DNA of 64,000 nt from a virus (Duplodnaviria; Caudoviricetes). Both the position numbers and the translations under genes were made by a program. This document shows positions 46,706 through 55,787 of the stretch, piece after piece. The notes under the pieces were generated by a model, which had not been told where the DNA came from, made no database searches, and saw nothing but the letters and a program-made list of their open reading frames with translations. Position 1 is the first letter of the stretch; the number at the start of each line of letters is the position of its first letter. The stretch lies in the IMG/VR virus record IMGVR_UViG_3300025018_000001. One strand, given 5' to 3'.

Positions 46706-49270
46706 TTAATCCACCTGAGTAACTGTAGCTTCTATTTCAACTACCCTAAGTGCTGTGCCTGAAGTATAGCCAGTATCAGCTCTTCCCGTATTATAGAAAA
46801 TATCAGTATAAACTGTTTTAGAAGTTACAAAACCTATTGGGTCATCATCTGTAAATGAGACGGGCCTGTTTACAACACCTTGACCGTATTGGTCAAAAAC
46901 TATTGATGTAATTACAGCTGTATTTCTTCCCGTAGCTGGTAATATATGTGTAGAAGCGTCTACTGATATAAAATCAATAAAAGAACGTATAGGAGATATT
47001 TGATAATTATATGTTGCCCATGTATAATCCGTACCATAATAGGATGCTTCCATCTGCAGTCTATACAAATTATCACCATCAATATCAATATCATATACTG
47101 TTATTATAGTAGATTGATTATTACGTACATTATCCATAGCCATAGTCCCATAATAGATACTAGAATCAACGGGGTACCTTAAATAACCACTATAAAAAGC
47201 TAAGTCATTAAAATAGGCACCAGATATGGTAGTCAGAGAAGAGGTCATACCTAAAGATAATAAGCATTCTTGTGTATAAATGGTTATAGGATTAAAGTTA
47301 AACCATGCACTATCAACGCCTGATATAGACGTCAAATAGCTTAATTGTAGGCTATTGGGGGTTTTTATAGCTTTAAACTTATAAGATAATCCATCTATAC
47401 CTGAGGCCACTGTATTATATTGAGTTAATGAGCCATTTATAGTGACACCTAATACTGTACTACCATTTAAAGCACTAAAATAATCACTGTCTTTATCATA
47501 AAAATTTGATATTTCGTAATAAGTTAAAGCCCTACCATACAGCATAAAGTTATCTAACGCAAAGTTTCTTCCAGGGTACTGTGGGCTGGTACCAAAATAT
47601 AGAGCGGCTAAAGGGTTACTGGTTGTGGTACCATTAAGAACTAAAGATCCTTTTAAAACCTTGTCGTAATAAACATAAAGTGTGTTATCTTTTTTTATAA
47701 ATGCTATATGTACCCAACTATTTATAGGGGTTGTTACAGACACGATCTGTGTAGCATTTACAGTAGTAGTTACACCAAACTTTAACACATTAACGTCATT
47801 ACTGAACCAAATATAAGGAGATCTGAATGATCCAGCACTTTTCTGTATTATTGTGTGTTGTGCTGTATCAAAACCTCCTATTAGTTTGATCCAAAAAACC
47901 ATAGAAAAGTCGGCACCGTCTTTACCAACTTCTAATAGAGGGGTACTTGTGATATTTACAGAAGTGGTGGCTATAAAACTAGCAGCACCTGATGCTGTTG
48001 TATCCATACCATCAATATATGTTGGGGCTATAACAGTATTATATGGAAAATTATTGCCTGAGTAATCCGTGAATGACCCATTGAAAGGATAGTATAGTAC
48101 AAGGTTATTTGTACTTACATTACTATTAAAATCTGTGGAATACCTCAAACCTATCTCTACATTAGTTTTACTTGTTTGAAAGTCTAACCCCATGTAGTGA
48201 TTATACTGCTTTAAGTCTACACCAGAAAAAGTAGTCACTCCCCACAGCGTACCAGAGACCTGGACCTCAAAGTCATTTAGTAATAAGTAGGTTGATTCAA
48301 CTCTATCATGGCCGTTACCTGTAGTAGAGAAGTATAAAGAATTATTTAATATCTTGGGATCACCTAAGGGCACAGTCCACTTAGTTTCATCAGGTAGACT
48401 GTTATCAACAGCTATAAATGAGTCAGAGCCTCTAACATCCGCATTATACCTATATAAATCACGTAAGTCACGTAATTTTAAATTAGTTCCTTTAACATAG
48501 GCTAATGTAAATACATCTGGAAAATCTTGTAGTACACCCTGTAGTCTATAAAATTTAGATGCAGATATGTTTTTGTATTCTACATCTGTGAACCTGCCCA
48601 TTTCCATACCGGTATAGGGGTTTAGTGTTATTAACGCTCCTGTATTATCTGATAGATAACTAGAATAGTTATTAAACACATATATTGATGAAATTATATT
48701 TACAGGATCTCCTGCTAAATAATTATTAACCAGAGGTGCTTTTAAATATATATTCTGTCCTTCAACCCCACTAACTGTAACTAACTCTCTTTGGTCAAAT
48801 TTGTTAAAACCTAGACCTATAATAGTTCCAGATACTGTAGCGAATTCAACATACTCATCCATAGAAATAACAAGATCACCATCATAGGCATCTACTGTTA
48901 ATTTAGTATTGTAGTATTCTACAGATATAGTATTAATGTCATATTTTAGGTAGCCTGATATATCAGTCAATGGGAACTGATTTACCATTACACAAGTGAA
49001 ATTAATTATATTCCAGCATCGTATAACGTAGCCAGTGCCTGAGGTGAATTTCTGTAGTGACCAAAAATTGTAGCCATCATACTGTAGACAAAGTATATCC
49101 CCTACAGTGTATATAGTAAAACTACTAGGTAAATCCACAGGGTATTGGAATGTTGTGGCCCCGGCGGAAGATTTCTGAGAAAGTATTCTATTAGTATAGT
49201 CTAAGAGATAGAAATAACCGTCCTGTACAACTAGGTGTCGTTGATGAAAACGTATATTTTCATAAGTCAT
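46706..49270 (-). CDS. Virion protein, paralog family member 2 (core + lectin module with nested LamG + Big_1-like Ig)
   Basis: LVLYYPFNG..TDYSGN, FSMVFWIK, WVHIAF, LDNFMLY.RAL LamG motifs; C-terminal VFDQYGQ..NRPVSF. Confidence 0.75.
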   Translation of the reverse strand: MTYENIRFHQRHLVVQDGYFYLLDYTNRILSQKSSAGATTFQYPVDLPSSFTIYTVGDILCLQYDGYNFWSLQKFTSGTGYVIRCWNIINFTCVMVNQFPLTDISGYLKYDINTISVEYYNTKLTVDAYDGDLVISMDEYVEFATVSGTIIGLGFNKFDQRELVTVSGVEGQNIYLKAPLVNNYLAGDPVNIISSIYVFNNYSSYLSDNTGALITLNPYTGMEMGRFTDVEYKNISASKFYRLQGVLQDFPDVFTLAYVKGTNLKLRDLRDLYRYNADVRGSDSFIAVDNSLPDETKWTVPLGDPKILNNSLYFSTTGNGHDRVESTYLLLNDFEVQVSGTLWGVTTFSGVDLKQYNHYMGLDFQTSKTNVEIGLRYSTDFNSNVSTNNLVLYYPFNGSFTDYSGNNFPYNTVIAPTYIDGMDTTASGAASFIATTSVNITSTPLLEVGKDGADFSMVFWIKLIGGFDTAQHTIIQKSAGSFRSPYIWFSNDVNVLKFGVTTTVNATQIVSVTTPINSWVHIAFIKKDNTLYVYYDKVLKGSLVLNGTTTSNPLAALYFGTSPQYPGRNFALDNFMLYGRALTYYEISNFYDKDSDYFSALNGSTVLGVTINGSLTQYNTVASGIDGLSYKFKAIKTPNSLQLSYLTSISGVDSAWFNFNPITIYTQECLLSLGMTSSLTTISGAYFNDLAFYSGYLRYPVDSSIYYGTMAMDNVRNNQSTIITVYDIDIDGDNLYRLQMEASYYGTDYTWATYNYQISPIRSFIDFISVDASTHILPATGRNTAVITSIVFDQYGQGVVNRPVSFTDDDPIGFVTSKTVYTDIFYNTGRADTGYTSGTALRVVEIEATVTQVD

Positions 49271-49278
49271 ACTATCTC

Positions 49279-51126
49279 CTAGTTAGTCTGTTGTACCGTT
49301 GCAGTTACTAATACATCTTGTGCTAGAGTTCCAGCCTTATAAATAGTTTGAACAAACCCATCAGCATCAGTATTTAATTCTGTACCTCCTGTAATCATAC
49401 CATCACCACCCTCAGAGAAGGTAACCCTTCTATTTTGTATAGGCTGTAAAAACTGATCTTTAACCCAAGCATTTATATTAGTTGTACTCAAACCATTTGC
49501 TGCTATGATTGCCGGAGAAGCAGATAAAGAAATAGACGTAACAAAAGACTCTAAAGGAGATAAAAAATAATCAAAAGAGGAAGATCCCTGAAGTCTGTAT
49601 AAATTATTTCTATCCACAGACATATCTTGTAAAACAACTGCCACATTACTAGTTATATTATCCATAACCATAGAACCATAGTAGGGTAATGATATTGCAT
49701 TTGTTAAATTCATTACTGTTCCCTCTATAAATGTTAAATTATCAAAAGTATTTATAACAGTTACATCGGTGGCATTGAAAGAAGATAGAACTAACTGAGC
49801 ATCTGTGTCAAACATTTCAATTACTCCAAGATATCGCCATGGTGTAAATACAGCTGCAGTGGTTGTTCTGTAATAAAAGTGTACATCTGATGCTACCCTT
49901 TTTATTCTAAGACCGTATGTATCAATATCAGTTAACGGATCATCTTCAATACCAGAAACAGTAGTTACTACACCGTCAGTTGCCTTTCTGTAGGTTACTG
50001 AAAAATTTTGGTGTAGTGCTGTACCAAATTCGGTACTATAGCCTCTAGAAACTTTACAAAATCTATCTTGTTCATTTGGAAAAATTAGTTTAAAAGAGTT
50101 TTCCATATAACCAGTACCACTATAAGAAGTATTATAGGCTACTAATTGTCCGTCAATTGTAACATCAAAATCCTCAGGTAGATAGTATTTTGTTTGTATA
50201 GTTTCTTCACTAGGTGATGGTGCAGGATTAAGGTACAGCTCACCACTTTGAATAGTAGGTGTACCACTTACTGTTGTCCATTTTGCTGCGTCTAATGTAT
50301 CAAAAGTGTCATCCATAATATCAGCATCATATATATTTCTTTTATACGCCGAAGTATTTACAAATAGTGTATTTGTCCCTTTAGCGTATAATAACATGTC
50401 TTTACTACCTAAATTCTGGAATGAGCTGATTTTATAAAATGTACAAGCAGTTATAGCTTTATAAGCACCGCCTACGAACTTGGTAATAAGTGCCCCTGTC
50501 GTGGAGTCAAACTTATACAAGGCACCAGTTGTGGTAATAATACCATCATTATTATTGAAGAGCCATATATTTTTATGGAAGTTTATTTCATTACCTACAG
50601 CGTAACCATAACTAAGAGGAGTGGCTAAAACTACACCACCAAATACGGTACCAACAACTGCTATGTCTTCTTCCTCACCATTAGTATTAGGGCCTATATG
50701 TAATGTAGCATTAGTAATTACCTCAGGATTATTTGAGTATTCATCTATATATATTATGGTATCTCCAGGACTAGTTATATCTGTTAAATGGGTATGATAA
50801 TGTTCAATAGTAAAGGCGTCTGCACTATAAGTCATACTACCTGAAGAATTTAAAGTAATTGTCTGTTGTAATTTAGCTAGATAATTATGAATACGCCATC
50901 TTTTAATATATAGTGTTGTTGTAGCAGCTTCTAAAGACCAAAAGTTTACACCATCATACTCCAAAGACTTTATTGTATTATCCAATAGTATATCACAGGG
51001 GTAAGAAAACGCAGTATTACCATCGTCTGTCTTTTGTAGAAGAGCATCCTGGTCTTCATCAAACGTATAAAAATAACCATCACTTACAGTGAAATTAGAC
51101 TTTCTTATGTTAATATTTGTGGCCAT
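49279..51126 (-). CDS. Virion protein, paralog family member 1 (core + lectin module + Big_1-like Ig)
   Basis: DGYFY, YDG.NFWSL, YRLQ and VKDQF.QPI.NRRVTF shared with the 854-aa protein. Confidence 0.75.
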   Translation of the reverse strand: MATNINIRKSNFTVSDGYFYTFDEDQDALLQKTDDGNTAFSYPCDILLDNTIKSLEYDGVNFWSLEAATTTLYIKRWRIHNYLAKLQQTITLNSSGSMTYSADAFTIEHYHTHLTDITSPGDTIIYIDEYSNNPEVITNATLHIGPNTNGEEEDIAVVGTVFGGVVLATPLSYGYAVGNEINFHKNIWLFNNNDGIITTTGALYKFDSTTGALITKFVGGAYKAITACTFYKISSFQNLGSKDMLLYAKGTNTLFVNTSAYKRNIYDADIMDDTFDTLDAAKWTTVSGTPTIQSGELYLNPAPSPSEETIQTKYYLPEDFDVTIDGQLVAYNTSYSGTGYMENSFKLIFPNEQDRFCKVSRGYSTEFGTALHQNFSVTYRKATDGVVTTVSGIEDDPLTDIDTYGLRIKRVASDVHFYYRTTTAAVFTPWRYLGVIEMFDTDAQLVLSSFNATDVTVINTFDNLTFIEGTVMNLTNAISLPYYGSMVMDNITSNVAVVLQDMSVDRNNLYRLQGSSSFDYFLSPLESFVTSISLSASPAIIAANGLSTTNINAWVKDQFLQPIQNRRVTFSEGGDGMITGGTELNTDADGFVQTIYKAGTLAQDVLVTATVQQTN

Positions 51127-51131
51127 ATAAA

Positions 51132-51629
51132 TTACCTATATAAGATTGTGGGAACCCATTGAAAATTATATTCATAAGGATCTCCTTTTATAATTATCTC
51201 GGATGTTATATCAAAATCAACTTCTCCGTTATTCAACGTCACTACCACACCAGACAAATCAATACCTGAGGATGGGTGCTTCTCTTCTATTGCAAAACGT
51301 ACATGTGATGTTATAGGTATATTAGTGCCCTCTGGAGAAAAACTCTTTAAAGTTGGTGGGTATCTATCAACATCAAAGTCTCTCCAGTCTATTAGCTGAC
51401 ACATATCAGCTATAGCTTTATTTATTTCTTCTTCAATAAAATTCTCTGTTATTTTGTGAACATACCTGGGGGCTATCTTTTCCCCAGAAGAATCTAAAGA
51501 TGTGGTTCCTATTTCTAGCAACCACACCGACTCTCCTTCCTCATCCTTTAAAGCGTACTTACGTAAGTTTAGATTGAATTTTACAGCCTTTCTAGGATTA
51601 AGAGTATGTTTTACAATTATATCAGACAT
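51132..51629 (-). CDS. Ig-like virion protein
   Basis: D.YPP.L....P....IP....V.F.I.....GID.S resembles the C-terminal repeats of the 869-aa protein. Confidence 0.55.
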   Translation of the reverse strand: MSDIIVKHTLNPRKAVKFNLNLRKYALKDEEGESVWLLEIGTTSLDSSGEKIAPRYVHKITENFIEEEINKAIADMCQLIDWRDFDVDRYPPTLKSFSPEGTNIPITSHVRFAIEEKHPSSGIDLSGVVVTLNNGEVDFDITSEIIIKGDPYEYNFQWVPTILYR

Positions 51630-52594
51630 TAAGCAAAGTCAATTTGGTTTATCATAATTTTAGCCATATATCTAAGTAACTCGTCTATGTTACTATAGTA
51701 GCTATCAGGTGAATTATCTGGGTCTGCCTTTTGTAGTATTTGTATATAAGCACCATCAGCTACTGTATATGAGTTATTTATACCAACAAAACCATTTGTA
51801 GCTGTTGTAGCCACAGTTATATTAGTAGTAGCTACGTTTAAAGCAGTAAAATAATCACTATTGACACCATCAGTTATAATCAATGCATCTCCAACATTAA
51901 CACCTGTGGTCATGTTAATAACTAAAGTATCAGTACCTGCAGTATAGTCTGATAAAATTGGTGCTTCTAATATAGTTATATCAGATAAATCCTCACTTAC
52001 TACTGGCTGGTCAAATCCTAACATGGCTGCACAGTCATTAGCAGGATTATTTCCCACTCTAACTGATGATCTAGAAGGACCCGTAAAGTAGTTGGATATA
52101 GTACCTGAAGAAATGTGAAATTTATTATCAGAAAATTTTACTGAACAGTTTTTATAAGCTAAACTAAAGCCCGCATCTACACCAGATACTGTAGTACTGC
52201 GTATTTTAGTCTGTAGGTCTAACGCTATTTCTTCACCACGTTTAGCTACACCATTATTATGATCTAGTGTTATATTGTAGTAACCATTAGAAGTACCGCT
52301 AACAGTAGCATCCATTTTTACCCCTAAAACACAGTGGGTAGAATCCAAAGCAAACTTACCATTGGTTCCTTTAAAGCCAGAACTTTTTACCCACCCTATC
52401 TTGCCACCGGCTATGTATAAACTTTGGATAGCAGTTCTGTTTACTGTATCTGAATAAGCAGAAGTTGACGCAGATATTAAATATTTTTCATCCCCCTCAG
52501 CACCAGAAGGTACTAAAATGGTAGTGTCCAATGTAACCTTTTTTGTTACACCAGGAAAATTTTCTAAGTCTTGTACATCTAGGCTAATGGACAT
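51629..52594 (-). CDS. Virion structural protein with shared ...SGT...SSV...LGF module
   Basis: Residues 89-194 align by eye with the 517- and 2269-aa proteins. Confidence 0.65.
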   Translation of the reverse strand: MSISLDVQDLENFPGVTKKVTLDTTILVPSGAEGDEKYLISASTSAYSDTVNRTAIQSLYIAGGKIGWVKSSGFKGTNGKFALDSTHCVLGVKMDATVSGTSNGYYNITLDHNNGVAKRGEEIALDLQTKIRSTTVSGVDAGFSLAYKNCSVKFSDNKFHISSGTISNYFTGPSRSSVRVGNNPANDCAAMLGFDQPVVSEDLSDITILEAPILSDYTAGTDTLVINMTTGVNVGDALIITDGVNSDYFTALNVATTNITVATTATNGFVGINNSYTVADGAYIQILQKADPDNSPDSYYSNIDELLRYMAKIMINQIDFA

Positions 52595-52632
52595 GTATAT
52601 ATCCTCCGTTATTAAATTTAAATTAAATTATA

Positions 52633-52920
52633 CTAAACATATAAAAAAGCTTGCCCTGTATCTAAAAGATGAGGACACCCACTATAAGTACATTGGTAAC
52701 CCCAAGAACCTCCAGCACTGGATACATTCATGTAGTAATGTTTATTATCATCTCCAATATGTGATACCTTGTTGGGTAACGTACCGGATGTAGTAATATC
52801 TAATAAATGTCTAGTACGAATGTCTGTTGCGTCTATATCATAAGGGCAAGGTGCATAACACTTACCTACGTGTCCATTTACTAAGTATTCAGGAAAATTT
52901 CCGCACGTATAATCTACCAT
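52633..52920 (-). CDS. Small Cys/His-rich hypothetical protein
   Basis: 95 aa; C...C..PC and QC...GCPH; GGAG-like RBS. Confidence 0.6.
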   Translation of the reverse strand: MVDYTCGNFPEYLVNGHVGKCYAPCPYDIDATDIRTRHLLDITTSGTLPNKVSHIGDDNKHYYMNVSSAGGSWGYQCTYSGCPHLLDTGQAFLYV

Positions 52921-52923
52921 AAA

Positions 52924-53352
52924 TTACCCTAAAAAATTATATACTTGTAAATCTTTATTAGATACATAAGTTCTATATGTAGTATAGAAATCATGTGTCT
53001 CCCTTTCATGTTGTTTACAGTCAATTACTAGCATATCATTACTTAGTAATTTAGGTACCTTATGTATCTCTGATTCATGTGTTAAAACACAGTTCGATAA
53101 AAGTACCTTATTGTTTAAGTACGTAACTTCTCCCCAAGATAATTTACCAATGTAAACATTATCCACTAGAATAAAATATTGCTTAAAAAAATCTAGAAAC
53201 ATATGATTATTACTTTCTATTTTTTCTGCAAACTGCAATACAGGTCCTGAGAAACATGCATTAGTTAGTGTACATGTGTTATCAGTATAAACAGCATCAT
53301 CCCAAGTTAAGTCTAATCTGTATTTCTCACCAAGTAAAAATAAATCTCTCAT
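52924..53352 (-). CDS. Hypothetical protein
   Basis: 142-aa ORF in operon context. Confidence 0.75.
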   Translation of the reverse strand: MRDLFLLGEKYRLDLTWDDAVYTDNTCTLTNACFSGPVLQFAEKIESNNHMFLDFFKQYFILVDNVYIGKLSWGEVTYLNNKVLLSNCVLTHESEIHKVPKLLSNDMLVIDCKQHERETHDFYTTYRTYVSNKDLQVYNFLG

Positions 53353-53363
53353 ATAAACTCCAA

Positions 53364-54029
53364 TTATAAATACAAAGGGTTATAAGGCATGGAGCAGCTA
53401 CCAGAACCAATATCTCCAGAACCTCCAGTGGAGGCACCTACAGAAGATATAACGCCATTATACTGATAGTCTGACCTCCCAATCTGACCTGCAGATACAC
53501 TTCCTTGAGTGCCTTGGTCAGTAGTACCAGAAAATACAATACCTACAATACCTTCTGCTGTACTTACAGCATCGGAACTAGTAATAGACCCTTCAGATAT
53601 ACCTCTTAAAACATACGTTGGTAATACAACGTTTGTATCTCCTAGTGTAACATAGTTCATCAGTGACCAAGATTCGGTACCTGGAGATCTAGCATCACCT
53701 TTAGAGTAGTTGTAACTATTAACGTACCACGTGGTTGAACTAGGTCCATCAGAACCGGCACCACAACCTGCTGGTGATACTGTAGCTGCTAGTTGATTAG
53801 CATTAGCACAGGTTGTTGTGGGTGTTGTAGCGTAAGAAGGTCCAGGTGAGTATACAGTTATATTTAAAGTCTCCGTAGGACTTTTTAACTCAGCGGCTAC
53901 GTAAGGGTCCCAATTACCAAGAACGTATGCTCTCTGTATATTAGGACTAATATTCCAAGAAACTTGTGTAGCATGACTACCAGCTCCTCCGAATGAAATT
54001 GTTGTAACTGATCCTATTATAACGCCCAT
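53364..54029 (-). CDS. Tail tube/hub-fold-like protein
   Basis: TQVSWNISPNIQRAYVLG...TETLNITVY and Y.NSYNYSK...ESWSL beta patterns; downstream of the tape measure gene. Confidence 0.45.
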   Translation of the reverse strand: MGVIIGSVTTISFGGAGSHATQVSWNISPNIQRAYVLGNWDPYVAAELKSPTETLNITVYSPGPSYATTPTTTCANANQLAATVSPAGCGAGSDGPSSTTWYVNSYNYSKGDARSPGTESWSLMNYVTLGDTNVVLPTYVLRGISEGSITSSDAVSTAEGIVGIVFSGTTDQGTQGSVSAGQIGRSDYQYNGVISSVGASTGGSGDIGSGSCSMPYNPLYL

Positions 54030-54032
54030 ATT

Positions 54033-54239
54033 TTAGTCCCCTTTTTTACATATTAAGAAAGAAGCATAATCACATTCATATCTTTTTTCACAATCTGGAC
54101 AATTATGTCTTTTATACGATGCCAATCTAGCTCCTATTTGTGCATTAGACAAATACTTATACTCACCGAAAAGTTCTTTACTTACATCAGTAACTTTATT
54201 AGCATATTTACTTCTTTTAGTACAACTTCCACAAGACAT
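54033..54239 (-). CDS. Small Cys-rich protein
   Basis: CGSC, CPDC...C...C in 68 aa. Confidence 0.65.
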   Translation of the reverse strand: MSCGSCTKRSKYANKVTDVSKELFGEYKYLSNAQIGARLASYKRHNCPDCEKRYECDYASFLICKKGD

Positions 54240-54250
54240 ATAATCCCCTT

Positions 54251-54499
54251 TTAATTTGTTGTTGTTATTAAAGTAACATGCGTTTCATACCAACCAGTTG
54301 TACCTGGTATCTGGTTTAAAGACATAGCTGTAACGTCTCCTGAGAAAGTTCTACCTCCAGCGCTGATAACAGTTGCATAACAAAAGTCTTCCGTTTGGTG
54401 TACAGTAGTGTAAGACACTGTAACTCTTCCCATTATATCGTAACCAAATGATAAGGAAGTGCATTCTATAAAGCCGCAAGGTAGAGTGGTAGTACTCAT
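54251..54499 (-). CDS. Small beta-rich tail-tip-like protein
   Basis: 82 aa; SLSFGYD..GR.TVSY, FSG.VT.MSL; 1-nt overlap with the upstream gene. Confidence 0.6.
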   Translation of the reverse strand: MSTTTLPCGFIECTSLSFGYDIMGRVTVSYTTVHQTEDFCYATVISAGGRTFSGDVTAMSLNQIPGTTGWYETHVTLITTTN

Positions 54500-54774
54500 T
54501 AAGTTCTCTCTTCAACAAATTCGGGATTTTCCACAGTACTTCCTGTGAAAGATTCACCACCTACATCTAAAAGCCTAGAAAATGATCCAGACATTAAATC
54601 ACCCCCTTGCCCTCTAAATTCATTACTCCCAGGTAGTGTTTCAGTGAATAAATAGTTTACCACTTTGGATTCCTCTCCCATAAACGTTTGTAATACAAAA
54701 GAAGATCCTCCTACAGGCATTGGTGCACCTGCACGTAATCTATATGTTTTACCTGTTACTGTAACATTTGCCAT
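54499..54774 (-). CDS. Hypothetical protein
   Basis: 91-aa ORF in operon context. Confidence 0.6.
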   Translation of the reverse strand: MANVTVTGKTYRLRAGAPMPVGGSSFVLQTFMGEESKVVNYLFTETLPGSNEFRGQGGDLMSGSFSRLLDVGGESFTGSTVENPEFVEERT

Positions 54775-54777
54775 AAC

Positions 54778-55383
54778 CTATCCTATTGAATAAATGAAAC
54801 TCATATTTACTACAGGTATCTGCCCTGGAACGCACTGAATATTGATATTCTGTAGTTTACAACTACCATATCCCCCTATACCATACGAGGTTAGATTAAT
54901 TGTACAACCAGCTTCTGATGTAGTGTCTATACTCCAAGGATTACCTACATATATTAGGCCATAACCATCTTGTTGTGTGGAATCCTCATATAAAGATGCT
55001 GGTCCTGAACCAGCAGAAGCATTAACTACTTGATACTCACTTAAAGGATTTGATACCCCATTTATTGTTGGAAATCTTGCGTATGTTCCTACTTCACCAG
55101 ATATATAAGATCTCCCTGCGCCTCCAAATAAGTATATATTTTCTGAACAATTACTTTTTATAACCCAAGGTATAGTAACACCTGCTCTACCTGGGCACCC
55201 TATATACCTTTCTGCACCCGCGTATGCTGTTATAGATACTGTACCTGTACTTGGTGAAACTGTGTAGGCACTATTACCCCCAGCTGTTATTAAAGCCATC
55301 TGAGTAGACCCTTGAGATGTCACAGAGATAATCCCAGGGGCTGTTATATCAAAATTACCTACTAAATTACAACAAGTGGCCAT
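54778..55383 (-). CDS. Tail tube/hub-fold-like protein
   Basis: IISVTSQG, TGTVSITAY, KLQNINIQ..PGQIPVVNMSF beta patterns. Confidence 0.45.
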   Translation of the reverse strand: MATCCNLVGNFDITAPGIISVTSQGSTQMALITAGGNSAYTVSPSTGTVSITAYAGAERYIGCPGRAGVTIPWVIKSNCSENIYLFGGAGRSYISGEVGTYARFPTINGVSNPLSEYQVVNASAGSGPASLYEDSTQQDGYGLIYVGNPWSIDTTSEAGCTINLTSYGIGGYGSCKLQNINIQCVPGQIPVVNMSFIYSIG

Positions 55384-55394
55384 ATGTACTCTCC

Positions 55395-55787
55395 TTAAGG
55401 TGTAGGTGTTGTAGCAGGTATATCTGCTATATAAGTACCATAAGCAGGACCGCCCTGTTCTATTGATCCATGTGTATGTATTGGTATAGATATTATAGAA
55501 ATAATATGCTGTTCACCATTAGCTGTAAAAAAATGTATTCTATTTTCTCGACTTTGTAGATGTGTGTAACGTACCTTTAACATTGGCTCATCTAATTTAG
55601 ATATAGTACCCACTAACTCGTCTTCAGAAACAAATCCGTATATATGTTGCCTATCTTCCCCATGTATTTTCACTGGTATATCTGCTTTTTCTGGAAAAGC
55701 TCCCTGACTTTCCTTAGGATATATAGGCACCTTTATGTCCAAATAATGTCCCGCAGGTATAGATATAGTAGCTGAAATATTTGCCAT
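55395..55787 (-). CDS. Small tail-tip protein with C-terminal HxH motif
   Basis: PIHTHG near the C-terminus resembles the metal-binding apex of phage spike proteins. Confidence 0.45.
   Translation of the reverse strand: MANISATISIPAGHYLDIKVPIYPKESQGAFPEKADIPVKIHGEDRQHIYGFVSEDELVGTISKLDEPMLKVRYTHLQSRENRIHFFTANGEQHIISIISIPIHTHGSIEQGGPAYGTYIADIPATTPTP

Noticed and set aside
18700-52594. Diversity-generating retroelement or invertible tail-fibre cassette
   Set aside because: No reverse transcriptase or invertase in the window, and I saw no near-identical DNA repeat pair; paralogy is evident only at protein level.
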